64,000 bases of DNA from an uncultured delta proteobacterium (GTDB lineage Bacteria > Desulfobacterota > RBG-13-43-22), in the NCBI GenBank assembly GCA_963790475.1, contig CAWBOS010000012.1:1088001-1152000 (forward strand), read 5' to 3'. Under the pieces are notes generated by a model. The model was given only the letters and a program-made list of their open reading frames with translations, ran no database searches and was not told the origin of the DNA. Below, piece after piece: positions 29,569 to 39,936 of this stretch. How positions within the stretch are numbered: the stretch's first letter is position 1; every line of letters starts with the position of its first letter. The position numbers and the translations under genes are program-made.

Positions 29569-30081
29569 TTAGTCCCGGAGATTATTTTCGGCCAGGCTTT
29601 CGTTTTTCAGCATGGCCAGCAGGCCGCCGTTATGGAAAATATTGATCAGGTCCTGGGTTAAGGGGTTTCCCTTTATTTCCTTCCCGGTGGAGGAATTTCT
29701 CACCAGAGAATTTTCAAAATCCAGTTCCAGAGTTTGTCCCTCTTCAAAGATTTCGGAAACCCCTCGCAGGGCCAGAACAGGAAAGGCCACCGCAATGCAA
29801 TTTCGGAAAAAAATCCGGCCGAAAGACTCGGCCACCACACACCCTATCCCCAGGCGTTTCAAATTGACCGGGGCTGTTTCCCGGCTTGATCCGCATCCGA
29901 AGTTTTTTCCTGCTACAATGACGTCTCCCGGTTGTGCTTCCTCGGTGAAGGCCTTGTGAATATGAAGGATGGCTTTTTTTCTCTCTTCCCAGGGGGCATC
30001 GACGGCGAAACTCGGGGCCATATAATCGGTGTTGATATTATCACCGAACTTCCAGACTCTACCTTTAATGATGACGTTCAT
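29569..30081 (-). CDS. 3-isopropylmalate dehydratase-family small subunit (LeuD/DmdB-like)
   Basis: [27 protein letters not shown] motifs. Confidence 0.9.
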   Translation of the reverse strand: MNVIIKGRVWKFGDNINTDYMAPSFAVDAPWEERKKAILHIHKAFTEEAQPGDVIVAGKNFGCGSSRETAPVNLKRLGIGCVVAESFGRIFFRNCIAVAFPVLALRGVSEIFEEGQTLELDFENSLVRNSSTGKEIKGNPLTQDLINIFHNGGLLAMLKNESLAENNLRD

Positions 30082-30097
30082 GTCTTTGCTCCTGTCT

Positions 30098-31357
30098 TTA
30101 TAGGTATTTCCTGGGGTCGGTGATTTTGCCTTCAATGGCCGAGGCGGCTACGGTATCCGGGGAACCGAGATAAATAAAGCTTTCCGGGGAGCCCATCCGA
30201 CCCTTGAAATTTCTATTGGTGGAGGAGATGGCCGTTTCCCCCGGGGCCAGAATTCCCAGATGGGATCCCCCGCAAGGGCCGCAGCCAGTAGTGCCGAGCA
30301 TGGCGCCGGCCTCTAAGAAAACCTGGAGCAGGCCCGATGCAGCGGCGTCTTGATAGATTTTGCGGGAGGCCGGTATCACAATCATTCGTGTTTCCGGATG
30401 GACATGTTTGCCTTTGAGTATGGCCGCGGCGCGCTCAAGATCTTCCATCCGGGCATTGGTGCAAGACCCCAGGAAAGCCTGGTTGACGATCACTTCCCCG
30501 ATCTCTGAAACCGGTTTGACATTGTCAACGTTATGCGGGCAGGCAATTTGAGGTTCCAGTTTTGAAACCTCTACCTGGAAAATGTTTTCATAGGTGGCAT
30601 CCGGGTCAGGACCGAAAAAGTCCGCCTTTCCCTGAACGCTTCCATCAAGAAATTCGATGGTTTTTTGATCGGCCTCGAAAAAAGCGAATTTTGCCCCGAT
30701 CTCCACCCCCATATTGCTGATGGTCATCCGGCCGTCCAGGCTCAGGGCTTTGGCCGCAGGACCGGCAAACTCCACGGCCTTATATTGGGCCACTTCAGCG
30801 GTATAATCTCCGGCAATTTTGAGAATGATGTCCTTAGCGGATACGCCCGGTGGAAGTTCTCCGGTCAGGTCAAACCGGATTGTCGCTGGAACCATGAACC
30901 ACAAAGAACCTTTGGCCATAGACCAGGCCAGCTCAGACACACCGATCCCGCAGGAAGCCACACCCAGCGCCCCGTAGGTGGTCGTGTGCGAATCCCCGCC
31001 GACGACCAGCCGGCCGGGTAGGGAAAGCCCTTCTTCGGGCATCACTTGATGACAGACGCCTACCCCGCAGTCATAAAAATATTTTATATTTTGTTTTTTG
31101 ACCCATTCCCGCATCTTCTGATGAACTCCGGCTGCCCTGACATTCATGGCCGGGACTAAATGGTCAATAATGACCACGATCTTTTCCGGGTCGAAGACCC
31201 GATCAAAGCCGTGGCTGGTCATGGCCTGATAGGCCGCCCAAAAGGACAAATCGTGCCCCATGACCAGGTCCAGCTCGGCGGTCACAAATTCATTCGGACT
31301 CACCTGATCTCGTTTCGATGCCCTGGCCAATATCTTTTCCGCCATGGTCTTACCCAT
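30098..31357 (-). CDS. 3-isopropylmalate dehydratase-family large subunit (LeuC/DmdA-like)
   Basis: [28 protein letters not shown] motifs. Confidence 0.92.
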   Translation of the reverse strand: MGKTMAEKILARASKRDQVSPNEFVTAELDLVMGHDLSFWAAYQAMTSHGFDRVFDPEKIVVIIDHLVPAMNVRAAGVHQKMREWVKKQNIKYFYDCGVGVCHQVMPEEGLSLPGRLVVGGDSHTTTYGALGVASCGIGVSELAWSMAKGSLWFMVPATIRFDLTGELPPGVSAKDIILKIAGDYTAEVAQYKAVEFAGPAAKALSLDGRMTISNMGVEIGAKFAFFEADQKTIEFLDGSVQGKADFFGPDPDATYENIFQVEVSKLEPQIACPHNVDNVKPVSEIGEVIVNQAFLGSCTNARMEDLERAAAILKGKHVHPETRMIVIPASRKIYQDAAASGLLQVFLEAGAMLGTTGCGPCGGSHLGILAPGETAISSTNRNFKGRMGSPESFIYLGSPDTVAASAIEGKITDPRKYL

Positions 31358-31608
31358 GTAGGACCTCCTCCGTAGATGTCGGGTATTCAGACAAATCTTT
31401 CTTTTTGGGTAAAGTATGATCCAAATTACTATTAAGGATATTAACCAAAATATGTCAAATAAAAAAAAATTCCTGAATGCCCGGAAATCACCCTATGCCT
31501 CTTCCCTATTGATTAACTCTGTGATAAGCTGGTGAAGCCTTTTTTCGGGAAAGAACATAGGGAAAGTCAAAAGGCTCAACAGTCTTAAACATAAAGGGAG
31601 GAAACAGG

Positions 31609-32373
31609 ATGACCATACTGAACAGAGATGGAGTGAATCTATTTTATGATGTCGGCGGGATAGACAACGACCGCCCCCCGGTTTTATTAACCCACGGATA
31701 TTCATCCACGTCAGAGATGTGGCGGTCGAACCTGGATGCTTTTCGAGCCGGAAGACGCGTAATCACCTGGGACATTCGGGGACATGGGCAGAGCGACTCA
31801 CCGGAAGATCAATCTATGTATTCGACGGAACTAACCGTGGCCGATATGGAAGCCATACTCGATGCCACCGGCGTCAAAAAGGCGGTTGTCGGCGGTTTGT
31901 CTCTCGGTGGTTACCTTTCCCTCGCCTTTCACCTCCGTCACCCGGGGCGCGTGGCCGCCTTGATGCTTTTCGACACCGGCCCGGGCTTCAAGCGGGACGA
32001 ACCGCGGGAGGGCTGGAATCGTACGGCCGAGGCCACTGCTGTGGGTTATGAAACTCGGGGTCTCGCTGCCCTTCCCAACCGACCTGAGGTAGGAAGGGTG
32101 ACGCACCGCGGGGCTGCCGGTCTGGCCAAGGCGGCCAGGGGGATACTCGTTCAGCATGATGCCAGTGTCATCGAGTCACTGTCCAATATAGTTGTTCCGA
32201 CACTGGTGGTCGCTGGTGCGCTGGATACGCCGTTTCTGGCGGCAACGGACTACATGGCCGCCAAAGTGCCCGGTGCGGTAAAGGCGGTTATTCCGGATGC
32301 CGGCCATGCCTCCAACATCGATGAGCCCGAAGCCTTCAACCGAATCGTACTTGATTTCCTGGACCGGGTGTAA
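31609..32373 (+). CDS. Alpha/beta hydrolase
   Basis: HGY, DIRGHG, GLSLGG nucleophile elbow, AGH. Confidence 0.9.
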   Translation: MTILNRDGVNLFYDVGGIDNDRPPVLLTHGYSSTSEMWRSNLDAFRAGRRVITWDIRGHGQSDSPEDQSMYSTELTVADMEAILDATGVKKAVVGGLSLGGYLSLAFHLRHPGRVAALMLFDTGPGFKRDEPREGWNRTAEATAVGYETRGLAALPNRPEVGRVTHRGAAGLAKAARGILVQHDASVIESLSNIVVPTLVVAGALDTPFLAATDYMAAKVPGAVKAVIPDAGHASNIDEPEAFNRIVLDFLDRV

Positions 32374-32400
32374 AGAAGGCTCTTTAATGATAAGGAAATT

Positions 32401-33648
32401 ATGTTAACAGGAACAAGGGTGCTGGATTTGACGCGGGTCTGGTCAGGACCGTTGGCCGGGAGAATCCTGGCCGATCTGGGGGCCGAGGTCATTCATATCG
32501 TCGGCCGGGCAACGGTTTCGGCAGCCGAGATTACTCTGGAGACAGCACAGATGATGGGGATTTTTCCGGATAACGATCCCGGTAAAAGGCCCTGGAACAG
32601 GATGTCTCAGGTGAATGATTTCAATCGCAATAAATTGGGTGTGACCCTGGAGTTAAACATCCCTGAGGGGATCGCCATCTTTAAGCGTCTGGTCAAAATC
32701 AGCGACGTAGTTCTGGAAAATTTCAGTCCCAGGGTCATGCCCAATTTCGGGCTGGACTACCCGGCGTTAAAGGAAATTAATCCGGGCATCATCTTATGTT
32801 CCATGCCGGGCTATGGTTTGACCGGCCCTTACCGGGATTATGTCTCCTATGGCACCAATCTGGATCCTTTTTCGGGTCTGGCCTCTCTGATGGGTTATCC
32901 CGAAGAGGGTGCCCATATGTCCGGTAACGCCTATCCCGACCCGGCGGCGGCCTTGCATGCCACTGGGGCCATATTAACCGCCCTATTTCATAAAATCCGT
33001 TCCGGCCAGGGTCAACATATCGATCTTTCGCAGGCCGAATCGGCCACCTGCCTCATCGGGGAAACTGTCCTGGGTTATGCCCTGAACGGAAAAATACCTC
33101 CTCGCCTGGGGAATCGCCATCCTGTCCACGCCCCACAGGGCTGTTACCGCTGTAAGGGGGATGACCAATGGGTGGCTATCGCCGTCGCCTCGGAAAGAGA
33201 ATGGGAGGCCCTGTGCCGGGTTCTGGAACATCCGGAATGGATAAAGGATGAAAGATTTGCCGATTCGAACAATCGGCGAAAAAACCAGAATGACCTGGAT
33301 GAAATAATCGAGACCTGGACCGGCCAACATACTCACCTGGAGGCCATGCGCCGTCTTCAGGAAGCCGGAGTTCCGGCCGGGGCCGTTCTGGATGCCGCCG
33401 AACTCCTGGCTAATGAACACTTGAGAGCAAGAGATTTTTTCTTGGAGATCAACCATCCCGAGGTCGGCCCCAGAAAATATTGCGGCCTGCCTATCAAGTT
33501 TTCCAATGGCACGACGCCTCCCCGAAAACCTGCTCCCTGTCTTGGTGAACACAATGAGTATATTCTGGGTAAACTCCTGGGCCTTTCTCAGGATGAGATT
33601 ACCCGGCTTGAAGAGAAGAATATTATCGGGACCCGGCCGATAGATTAG
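32401..33648 (+). CDS. Family III CoA-transferase
   Basis: RVLDLTRVWSGP, NRNK, ENFSP, AYPD (catalytic Asp), APCLGEHN motifs. Confidence 0.92.
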   Translation: MLTGTRVLDLTRVWSGPLAGRILADLGAEVIHIVGRATVSAAEITLETAQMMGIFPDNDPGKRPWNRMSQVNDFNRNKLGVTLELNIPEGIAIFKRLVKISDVVLENFSPRVMPNFGLDYPALKEINPGIILCSMPGYGLTGPYRDYVSYGTNLDPFSGLASLMGYPEEGAHMSGNAYPDPAAALHATGAILTALFHKIRSGQGQHIDLSQAESATCLIGETVLGYALNGKIPPRLGNRHPVHAPQGCYRCKGDDQWVAIAVASEREWEALCRVLEHPEWIKDERFADSNNRRKNQNDLDEIIETWTGQHTHLEAMRRLQEAGVPAGAVLDAAELLANEHLRARDFFLEINHPEVGPRKYCGLPIKFSNGTTPPRKPAPCLGEHNEYILGKLLGLSQDEITRLEEKNIIGTRPID

Positions 33649-33699
33649 AAATTCTCTTTAGAAGACCCCTCGGTCCCAGGCAGCAAATCCTGGTCCAAA

Positions 33700-35216
33700 T
33701 TATTTCTCGGTAGCCACCTCGGATTCTTTGTGGGAGAAGTCGTAGTAATGCCAATATTGAACAAGCACTGAAACAGCCCTGGAAATGAGGCGGGGATTGA
33801 TCCTCCAGGCTTCTTTCAGGACATTCCAAAACATAACTCTCACCGGACGCAGGAACACGCCAGGTAAAATGATAGAAAATCTTTATCATCAGGCCAATCC
33901 GGAAGAGATTTTTTTTCTTCGTAGAATATATGTCGGTGAAGTATTTTACGTTCCTGAGCCAACCGATCATGCGGCGTCCAAAATGTTCAGGCTCATATAA
34001 TTTTTTAAACAGGTGCTTCTGGCCAAAAAATAGTTCTTGGGGAGTCAGTTGTTTGGGGATGATATTGGTCGTTAGATGCCAGAACCCCCCAAAATCTTCA
34101 ACGAGGCGCCCCTCCCTTTTCATCCTTTCGTACAGCGGGGTATGGTCGGGAGCATTAAGGATACTGATCGAGGCAAAGGGGCTTGCGGTTTTATCAAGAA
34201 ATTCTTCAATTTCATTGAAAACAGCAGGCGTATCATGGTCAAATCCGACGATCATCCCCAGAAAGGGGACGATCCCATAACTCGAAATTCTCGGAATCAC
34301 CTGGAAAGGATCGTATCGGACCATCTGTCCTTTGTTAACTTCTTCCAGGCAGTCCTTGTTGATCGTTTCCAGACCGAGAAAGATAACCGTGAAGCGCGCG
34401 TCGGCCAGGAGCTTGACGAATTTCTTCATCGGCGCCGATCATAATGGTGGCCTGGGTACTGAAAGACAACGGCATATCCAGGGTTCTGTTCCATTTAATA
34501 ATTTCCTGCAGAAGTTCAATCGTGAATTTTCGATTGACGACAAAATTGTCATCGGAGAAAAAGATGGTTTCCGCTCCCAAGGCATGGGCGTTTTTAACTT
34601 CAAGCATAATCTGGTCGATGGACTTATTTCTGTATTTTCTGCCCGTGACGCGAATAACGTCACAGAAGTCACAATTGTTGGGACATCCGCGGCTGGTCTG
34701 CAATGAGAAGTAGTGGTAATTCTCAGGTTTTATGTAGAAGAGATCCGGCGCCGGTGAGTCTTTGATATCGACAAACGTTTCCTGTTTATAGATGGCTTTT
34801 GCGCGGCCCTGAACCCAATCTCTCAAAAACTGCGGCCAGGTATACTCCGCCTCACCGATGAATAGATGATCACCTATATTTTTTGCCTTTTCCGGATTAA
34901 TAGTCGCGTAAATACCCCCGACGGCGACAGGTTTGCCCCGTTCTCGAAAACGAGTGCTGATCAAACCCATCTGTTCAAATTGGAGGGTATAACCGGTGAT
35001 CCCTACCAGATCGCACTCGATATCCCAATTAATGGGCGCGACATTCTCATCGCAAAAAATATATTCCACCTCCAAATCTTTGGGTGTCAAGGCAATCAAG
35101 GTTAAGAGGGCGGTATTCTGCATAAGGGTCTTGTGCTTACCTACAATGTCCAGAGCTCCCCGCATGGCCCAGAAATTTTCAGGTGTCTTGGGATTAATGA
35201 GATAAATTTTCATCAA
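33700..35216 (-). CDS. B12-binding radical SAM protein (DUF4070-like); two +1 frameshifts (~34422, ~33844)
   Basis: SRGCPNNCDFC, FFSDDNF, then FLGLET, IVGFDHD in the next frame; the C-terminus ...YWHYYDFSHKE..EK* lies in a third frame. Confidence 0.8.
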
Positions 35217-35689
35217 AATTTTTCGTTGCCCCTTTCTTATTAAAATTATCCCGATTATCGATTATCGTATAACCTTTATAGGGACTATATTGGCCATAGG
35301 CGGAAACGTTGAGCATAATGATTCTCGGATTCAACCCATGGAGAGTTTCATAAGAAAATCCCATCTTTTCTATAACGCCAGGACGGGAATTCTTAATACT
35401 CGGGTGCCTTCCAGGGCTTTCTTAAGACCGGCCATATTTCCCTTCCTCCGAATACTAGATTCTAACACTATATGATCTGAGAAGTTACCTCTACTATTTT
35501 TTTTAATCCAATTCCACCGCAGGGCCGCAGAGGTCGCAACCCCTTCAGCCTTCAGTCTATCACCTGTGTGTTTTTACTTCCAGCCGAGAATACCTCCCGA
35601 TTATAATGGAGGACCCCGACCTTTGGGGGACTATAATAATTTATTGACAATTATTGACAATCGAAATAGCAGTATAATATTATCTCTAT

Positions 35690-36066
35690 ACGAATTAGGC
35701 TCGGCCCAACGAATCACCAACTCTCTTATTACCATAGGATACCTGGCCAAAGATAAGAAAACAAAAAAATTCCGTTTGACCCCCAAGTGGCTCTCCATAG
35801 GATTTGGAATTCTGGCCGGTTTGGAAATCCGAAAAATCGCCCTCCCGCATCTAAAACACTGGCGCACTACAGGCCAGGCCTATGTGAAAGACTATTTTGA
35901 TCTCATGGGTGTTTCCCTGGATGAAGCCCGGTTTATGGAAACCCCCGGTTGGTGTGACTGGTACGACACCGATTTGTCCCAGGAAATCCTGAACTACCAG
36001 AATACCTCTTATCAGGAACACCTAAATCGTCTCCGAGCCGAAGTCGAACGGAGGGTGGAGGAGTGA
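35690..36066 (+). pseudogene. Chimeric remnant: IclR HTH fragment fused to an unrelated C-terminus
   Basis: GSAQRITNSLITIGYLAKDKKTKKFRLTPK...IALPHL is IclR-like; followed by WRTTG...DWYDTDLSQEILNYQ, which resembles an NAD-dependent epimerase tail. Confidence 0.6.
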
Positions 36067-36177
36067 CAGATTTCCCGACTTTATTAGAAAAGCGTTAGAA
36101 GGTATCCCCGATCTGCTGTCCATATAGGTGAAGCGGAATCTTGACCCCTTTTCCCCTCTTATGTGTAGACACTTCTG

Positions 36178-36206
36178 TTGACAAAGCGTATCCATTAGAC
36201 TACAAT
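36178..36206 (+). promoter_or_regulatory. Sigma70 promoter of TA module (probably leaderless mRNA)
   Basis: TTGACA-17 nt-TACAAT; ATG only 6 nt after the -10 box. Confidence 0.7.
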
Positions 36207-36212
36207 TGACCT

Positions 36213-36503
36213 ATGATTGAGATTCGCAAGACTGAACACTTCGCCAAGTGGATCGACAGCTTGCAGGACATCCGAGCTCGGGCCCGGATTCTCGCAAGAA
36301 TTGAGCGACTGGCTACAGGCAATCCGGGGGATGTTAAGTCTGTGGGTGAAGGGGTTTCGGAATTGCGTATCGACTCTGGTCCAGGCTATCGGGTCTATTA
36401 CACGCATTATGGGCGATAGGTAGTAGTCTTGCTGGCTGGTGGCGATAAAAGCACCCAAGCTAAAGATATAAAGACTGCAATTCGCCTGGCAAAAAATCTA
36501 TAG
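36213..36503 (+). pseudogene. RelE/HigB-like addiction-module toxin with in-frame TAG
   Basis: GNPGDVKSVGEGVSELRID.GPGYRVYY; TAG at 36417; frame continues VVVLLAGGDKSTQAKDIKTA to a stop at 36501-36503. Confidence 0.88.
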
Positions 36504-36512
36504 GAGTATATC

Positions 36513-36833
36513 ATGGCAAAAACCGTTACGACCAAATACGATGTTTCCGAGCATCTTCGCACTCCTCAAGAAATGGCCGCTTATCTAGAGGCGTGTATTG
36601 AAGAGGCAAATGGTGATGCGGCCTTTATTGCTAAAGCACTGGGGGATATTGCCAGAGCAAAAGGTATGTCTCAAGTAGCGCGAGACGCAGGTTTATCCAG
36701 GGAAAGCCTATATAAAGCTCTCTCCGGTGAAAGAACTCCGGGCTTTGATACCATTCTCAAGGTGATAAGTGCATTGGGGCTGAAGTTACATGCTGGAGCA
36801 AAACCCACTGCAAGATCAACAGCCCAACGATAA
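36513..36833 (+). CDS. Addiction-module antidote (HTH antitoxin)
   Basis: ALGDIARAKGMSQVARDAGLSRESLYKALS...FDTILKV. Confidence 0.92.
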   Translation: MAKTVTTKYDVSEHLRTPQEMAAYLEACIEEANGDAAFIAKALGDIARAKGMSQVARDAGLSRESLYKALSGERTPGFDTILKVISALGLKLHAGAKPTARSTAQR

Positions 36834-36877
36834 CTTTCAGCAGATCGATAACCACTCCTTCTGAAGACCGTTTTGGC
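36822..36877 (+). other. Degenerate attC-like site
   Basis: R'' GCCCAAC overlapping the antitoxin end; L boxes CTTTCAG/CTGAAG; degenerate R'. Confidence 0.55.
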
Positions 36878-36890
36878 GCAGAAGCAGCGC

Positions 36891-36980
36891 ACCAATCAAG
36901 CCATTGGACAGCGATGTCACTCGCTTGCATGGGCCATCGGCCACACAAGCTGCGCGCAACCGGTCAACGCCTCATCAGAT
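36891..36980 (+). other. Degenerate attC-like site (homologous to 38841-38926)
   Basis: CCATTGGACA.CGAT.TC.CTCGCTTGCATG...CAAGCTGC shared; L boxes TTGGAC/GTCAA. Confidence 0.55.
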
Positions 36981-37006
36981 GTCAAAGATTGGAAGAGGTA
37001 AACATA

Positions 37007-37459
37007 ATGGATGCCCGAGAGATCATGGCTGTGGCCTTCGAGGAAGCGAAAGCAGCATTCAAGAGAGGCGAATGTCCCGTCGGGGCTGTTATGGTCAAAA
37101 ATGGAGACATCATGTCGCGCGCAGGAAATAGGGAAATTGAGTTGAAGGATCCTACAGCTCATGCAGAAATTCTAGTTTTGAGAGAGGCGGGTCAATTTCT
37201 CAATCAACATACTTTCCCAGATTGTATCGTCTACACGACTTTATGGCCTTGCCCCATGTGTGCAAATGCACTCCTGCGAGCCAAAGTTCCGAAAGTCGTT
37301 TGTGGTGCAAAGTCGTTCAAATACATATACGAAGAAACGTTCAAGCCATCTCGACTCATCGTGGAGGGTCCCATCATGACCAACGAGTGTAGGGGTATCT
37401 TCATTAAATGGGCCAAGGAAACTGGGCGTGACTTTATTCTGGGCGATGACGAGCTCTAA
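37007..37459 (+). CDS. Zn-dependent nucleoside deaminase (TadA/CDA family)
   Basis: PVGAV, DPTAHAE, PCPMC motifs. Confidence 0.9.
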   Translation: MDAREIMAVAFEEAKAAFKRGECPVGAVMVKNGDIMSRAGNREIELKDPTAHAEILVLREAGQFLNQHTFPDCIVYTTLWPCPMCANALLRAKVPKVVCGAKSFKYIYEETFKPSRLIVEGPIMTNECRGIFIKWAKETGRDFILGDDEL

Positions 37460-37583
37460 TAATGGCATAAACAAGGACGGGCTGGATACCGCAGTTTTTG
37501 GTAGTTTATCGAAATAATCGGCGTGGTGGGTTAATGACCCTTTTGCTTTCAATCCCGCCCGCCCCCTTATAGATAGGGTGGAT
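37454..37583 (+). other. Degenerate attC-like site
   Basis: CTCTAAT over the stop codon, GCATAAAC..GGACGGGC...GCCCGCCCC.TTAT, ends GGTGGAT just before the next ATG. Confidence 0.45.
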
Positions 37584-38192
37584 ATGGCCGATTTGATCGA
37601 AGTGCTTATCTTCGACTTAGGGGGGGTTCTGGTAGATTTCTCCGCTTTTGATGACCTTCTGCCACTTCTTCGACAGAAGATTGACCCGGAGGAAATCCGG
37701 CGACGCTGGATAGCCTGCCCCATAATTCGCGAGTTCGAGTTAGGTCGTGTTAGTCCGCGCGAATTCGCGGCCCATTTCGTCAAGGATTGGGACGTAGCCT
37801 CGTCGCCTGAAGAGTTTCTCGTAACCTTCCGGTCGTGGTCGCGAAACTTTTTTCCCGGTGCTCGTTCTCTGCTAAAGTTGCTCAAGGGCAAATATCGGGT
37901 GGCGGCTCTTAGCAATTCGAATGCGACTCATTGGGACCGCAATGTGTCAGAGCTCGGAATCTTGGAGCTCTTCGACGCGGCCTTCTCGTCACACGAACTA
38001 GGCTATCATAAACCTGATCCGAGGAGTTATCTAGAGGCATTGGTGCGGCTCGGTGTACGGGCCGACAGGAGCGCCTTCTTTGACGATTCACCCTCCAATG
38101 TGGAAGGCGCGCTCAATGTTGGAATGAGAGCATTCCACGTAAGAGGCGTGTTGGAGCTACAGCGATGTCTTGTCGAGCAAGGCCTCTGCTAG
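37578..38192 (+). CDS. HAD-family phosphatase
   Basis: FDLGGVL, LSN, KPD, FDD motifs. Confidence 0.9.
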   Translation: MDMADLIEVLIFDLGGVLVDFSAFDDLLPLLRQKIDPEEIRRRWIACPIIREFELGRVSPREFAAHFVKDWDVASSPEEFLVTFRSWSRNFFPGARSLLKLLKGKYRVAALSNSNATHWDRNVSELGILELFDAAFSSHELGYHKPDPRSYLEALVRLGVRADRSAFFDDSPSNVEGALNVGMRAFHVRGVLELQRCLVEQGLC

Positions 38193-38221
38193 CGGCTTGT
38201 TAAGTGTAAAGGGGTTTTTAA

Positions 38222-38704
38222 ATGGATATTATAAAAGCAAAAAAGAAAGATATACTCGATATTGTTTTTTTAAATTCGTTTGTTCAGAAAATTCATGTTG
38301 AGAAACATCCGGATATATTCAAGCCCGTGGGAAATGATGATGACCTTAATAAGTTCTTTAATTTTATTTTAAGTAAAGAGACTAATTGCATTCTAATCGC
38401 TTATTTAGAAGGAAAACCTGTCGGGTACATATGGGCAGCCTTCGAGAATAAGCCGGATACTCCGCTCAAATATGAAAGAAGGCAGGTTTATATTCACCAA
38501 GTCGCCGTTCATGAAAGATTCAGACGCCAAAATATCGGAAGCGCGCTTTTTAGCGAGATACAAAGCATTGCAAGGCAAGAGGGTTTTCGCAATTTTGCCG
38601 TCGATACATGGGCCTTCAATAGAAATGCTCAAAGATTTTTTGAAAATTTGGGGTTTGATACCTACAACATTAAAATGTGGCGGAATGAAAAATCGAACAC
38701 CTAG
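38222..38704 (+). CDS. GNAT acetyltransferase
   Basis: VHERFRRQNIGSAL, NRNAQRFFENLGF motifs. Confidence 0.9.
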   Translation: MDIIKAKKKDILDIVFLNSFVQKIHVEKHPDIFKPVGNDDDLNKFFNFILSKETNCILIAYLEGKPVGYIWAAFENKPDTPLKYERRQVYIHQVAVHERFRRQNIGSALFSEIQSIARQEGFRNFAVDTWAFNRNAQRFFENLGFDTYNIKMWRNEKSNT

Positions 38705-38770
38705 CAATCCTCTACACCCGATCGGTGTTACGCTGGGCTTTACACCGGACAGGTGAGAAACAGGTCGGCC
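38699..38770 (+). other. Degenerate attC-like site
   Basis: ACCTAGC over the stop; L boxes CTACAC/GTGAG; central stem CGGTGT..ACACCG. Confidence 0.5.
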
Positions 38771-38840
38771 CCGCCTGCGGGGTCACCAATGCGGCGTTAC
38801 CCCTATCGGGTCCATGTCCCAGTCGGCGCCGCGTATCGAC

Positions 38841-38926
38841 GCCAACCGAACCATTGGACACCGATATCGCTCGCTTGCATGTGTACGTCAGCCCCGCAAG
38901 CTGCATACCACGAGTCTACGTTATAT
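38841..38926 (+). other. Degenerate attC-like site
   Basis: Homolog of 36891-36980; ends GTTATAT shortly before the next ORF. Confidence 0.55.
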
Positions 38927-38951
38927 CATACAATGAAGATAGGACCAAGTT

Positions 38952-39425
38952 ATGGAAAGAAACGGTGTTTACGAGGATAAGTATTTTAAGGTTATCAGTC
39001 CTGAATTTCCTCTAAACTGCCGGGATGATGGGGGGCATCTTATTCTGATCAAGAAAGAAAAGGTTTCCGACAGATCGGACATGACCTATCAGGAAGCCAT
39101 AGACTTCATGAGAATCAGCATGGCTGTGGGAAAATCAATGTACGAAGTGCTGGGTATTGAGAGAATGAATTATGAGGATTTAGGCAATTGGGGAATCGAT
39201 GATCCGGGTGGCGCCAAAATGCACCTTCATTTTATGGGAAGGGCAAGGGAGCAAACCCATCAGATTAGAGGCCAACACATTTTCTTGTTTCCCAAAGACC
39301 ATAAAATATATCAAGGGCATTTAAAGCCACTCTCTAATGAACAGGTTGATAGTCTGAGAAAACGAATCTCTGAAATTCTAGCAGAGCCAAAATATAAAAA
39401 AATGGCCGAACTGGCGAAACTGTAA
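38952..39425 (+). CDS. HIT-like protein
   Basis: GHLIL, RMNYEDLGN, MHLHF (HxH) motifs. Confidence 0.7.
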   Translation: MERNGVYEDKYFKVISPEFPLNCRDDGGHLILIKKEKVSDRSDMTYQEAIDFMRISMAVGKSMYEVLGIERMNYEDLGNWGIDDPGGAKMHLHFMGRAREQTHQIRGQHIFLFPKDHKIYQGHLKPLSNEQVDSLRKRISEILAEPKYKKMAELAKL

Positions 39426-39510
39426 GGATCTCAAGATGGGGCGAAAGAATTTCAGCAAATGGAAAATAAGGCCTGCATAGAAATTGCGTTACTATATGAA
39501 CCTCTTGTTG

Positions 39511-39936
39511 TTAAAAAGGCAGAATAAGTCCTTCTTCCTCCGCGGCTTTATTTAACTGACGATCAAAACAAACAAATCTAACGGGCAGAGGACCTTCCTT
39601 CTGGATCACCAGGGCCGAAGCCAGATGGATGGCATCAAAACCCCTCAAGGGATGTTTAAAGAGGAGTTTCTCAATCATTTGGTTCAAATCCGGACTTATG
39701 GAAACTAAAATAAGTTTTGAATATTCATTCTTAAATTCCGAAATAGTTTTAAGATAGCCGGCTCTTGAAAATATTCCCTCACGATATTTTCGGCTAAAGG
39801 CAGCTATTATTTCAGCGAAAGCAACCGTTGAAGTAATTATCTCTGTCCCCCCTTCCCAAAGATGGTCTACCTCCTTACTTCCATTTTCTTCCACATAGCG
39901 TTTAATCAAGGCAGAGGTGTCAAAATAAAGAATCAT
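39511..39936 (-). CDS. vapC: VapC-family PIN toxin
   Basis: YFDTSALIKRY..E.GS, LRGFDAIHLASA, CFD motifs. Confidence 0.9.
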   Translation of the reverse strand: MILYFDTSALIKRYVEENGSKEVDHLWEGGTEIITSTVAFAEIIAAFSRKYREGIFSRAGYLKTISEFKNEYSKLILVSISPDLNQMIEKLLFKHPLRGFDAIHLASALVIQKEGPLPVRFVCFDRQLNKAAEEEGLILPF

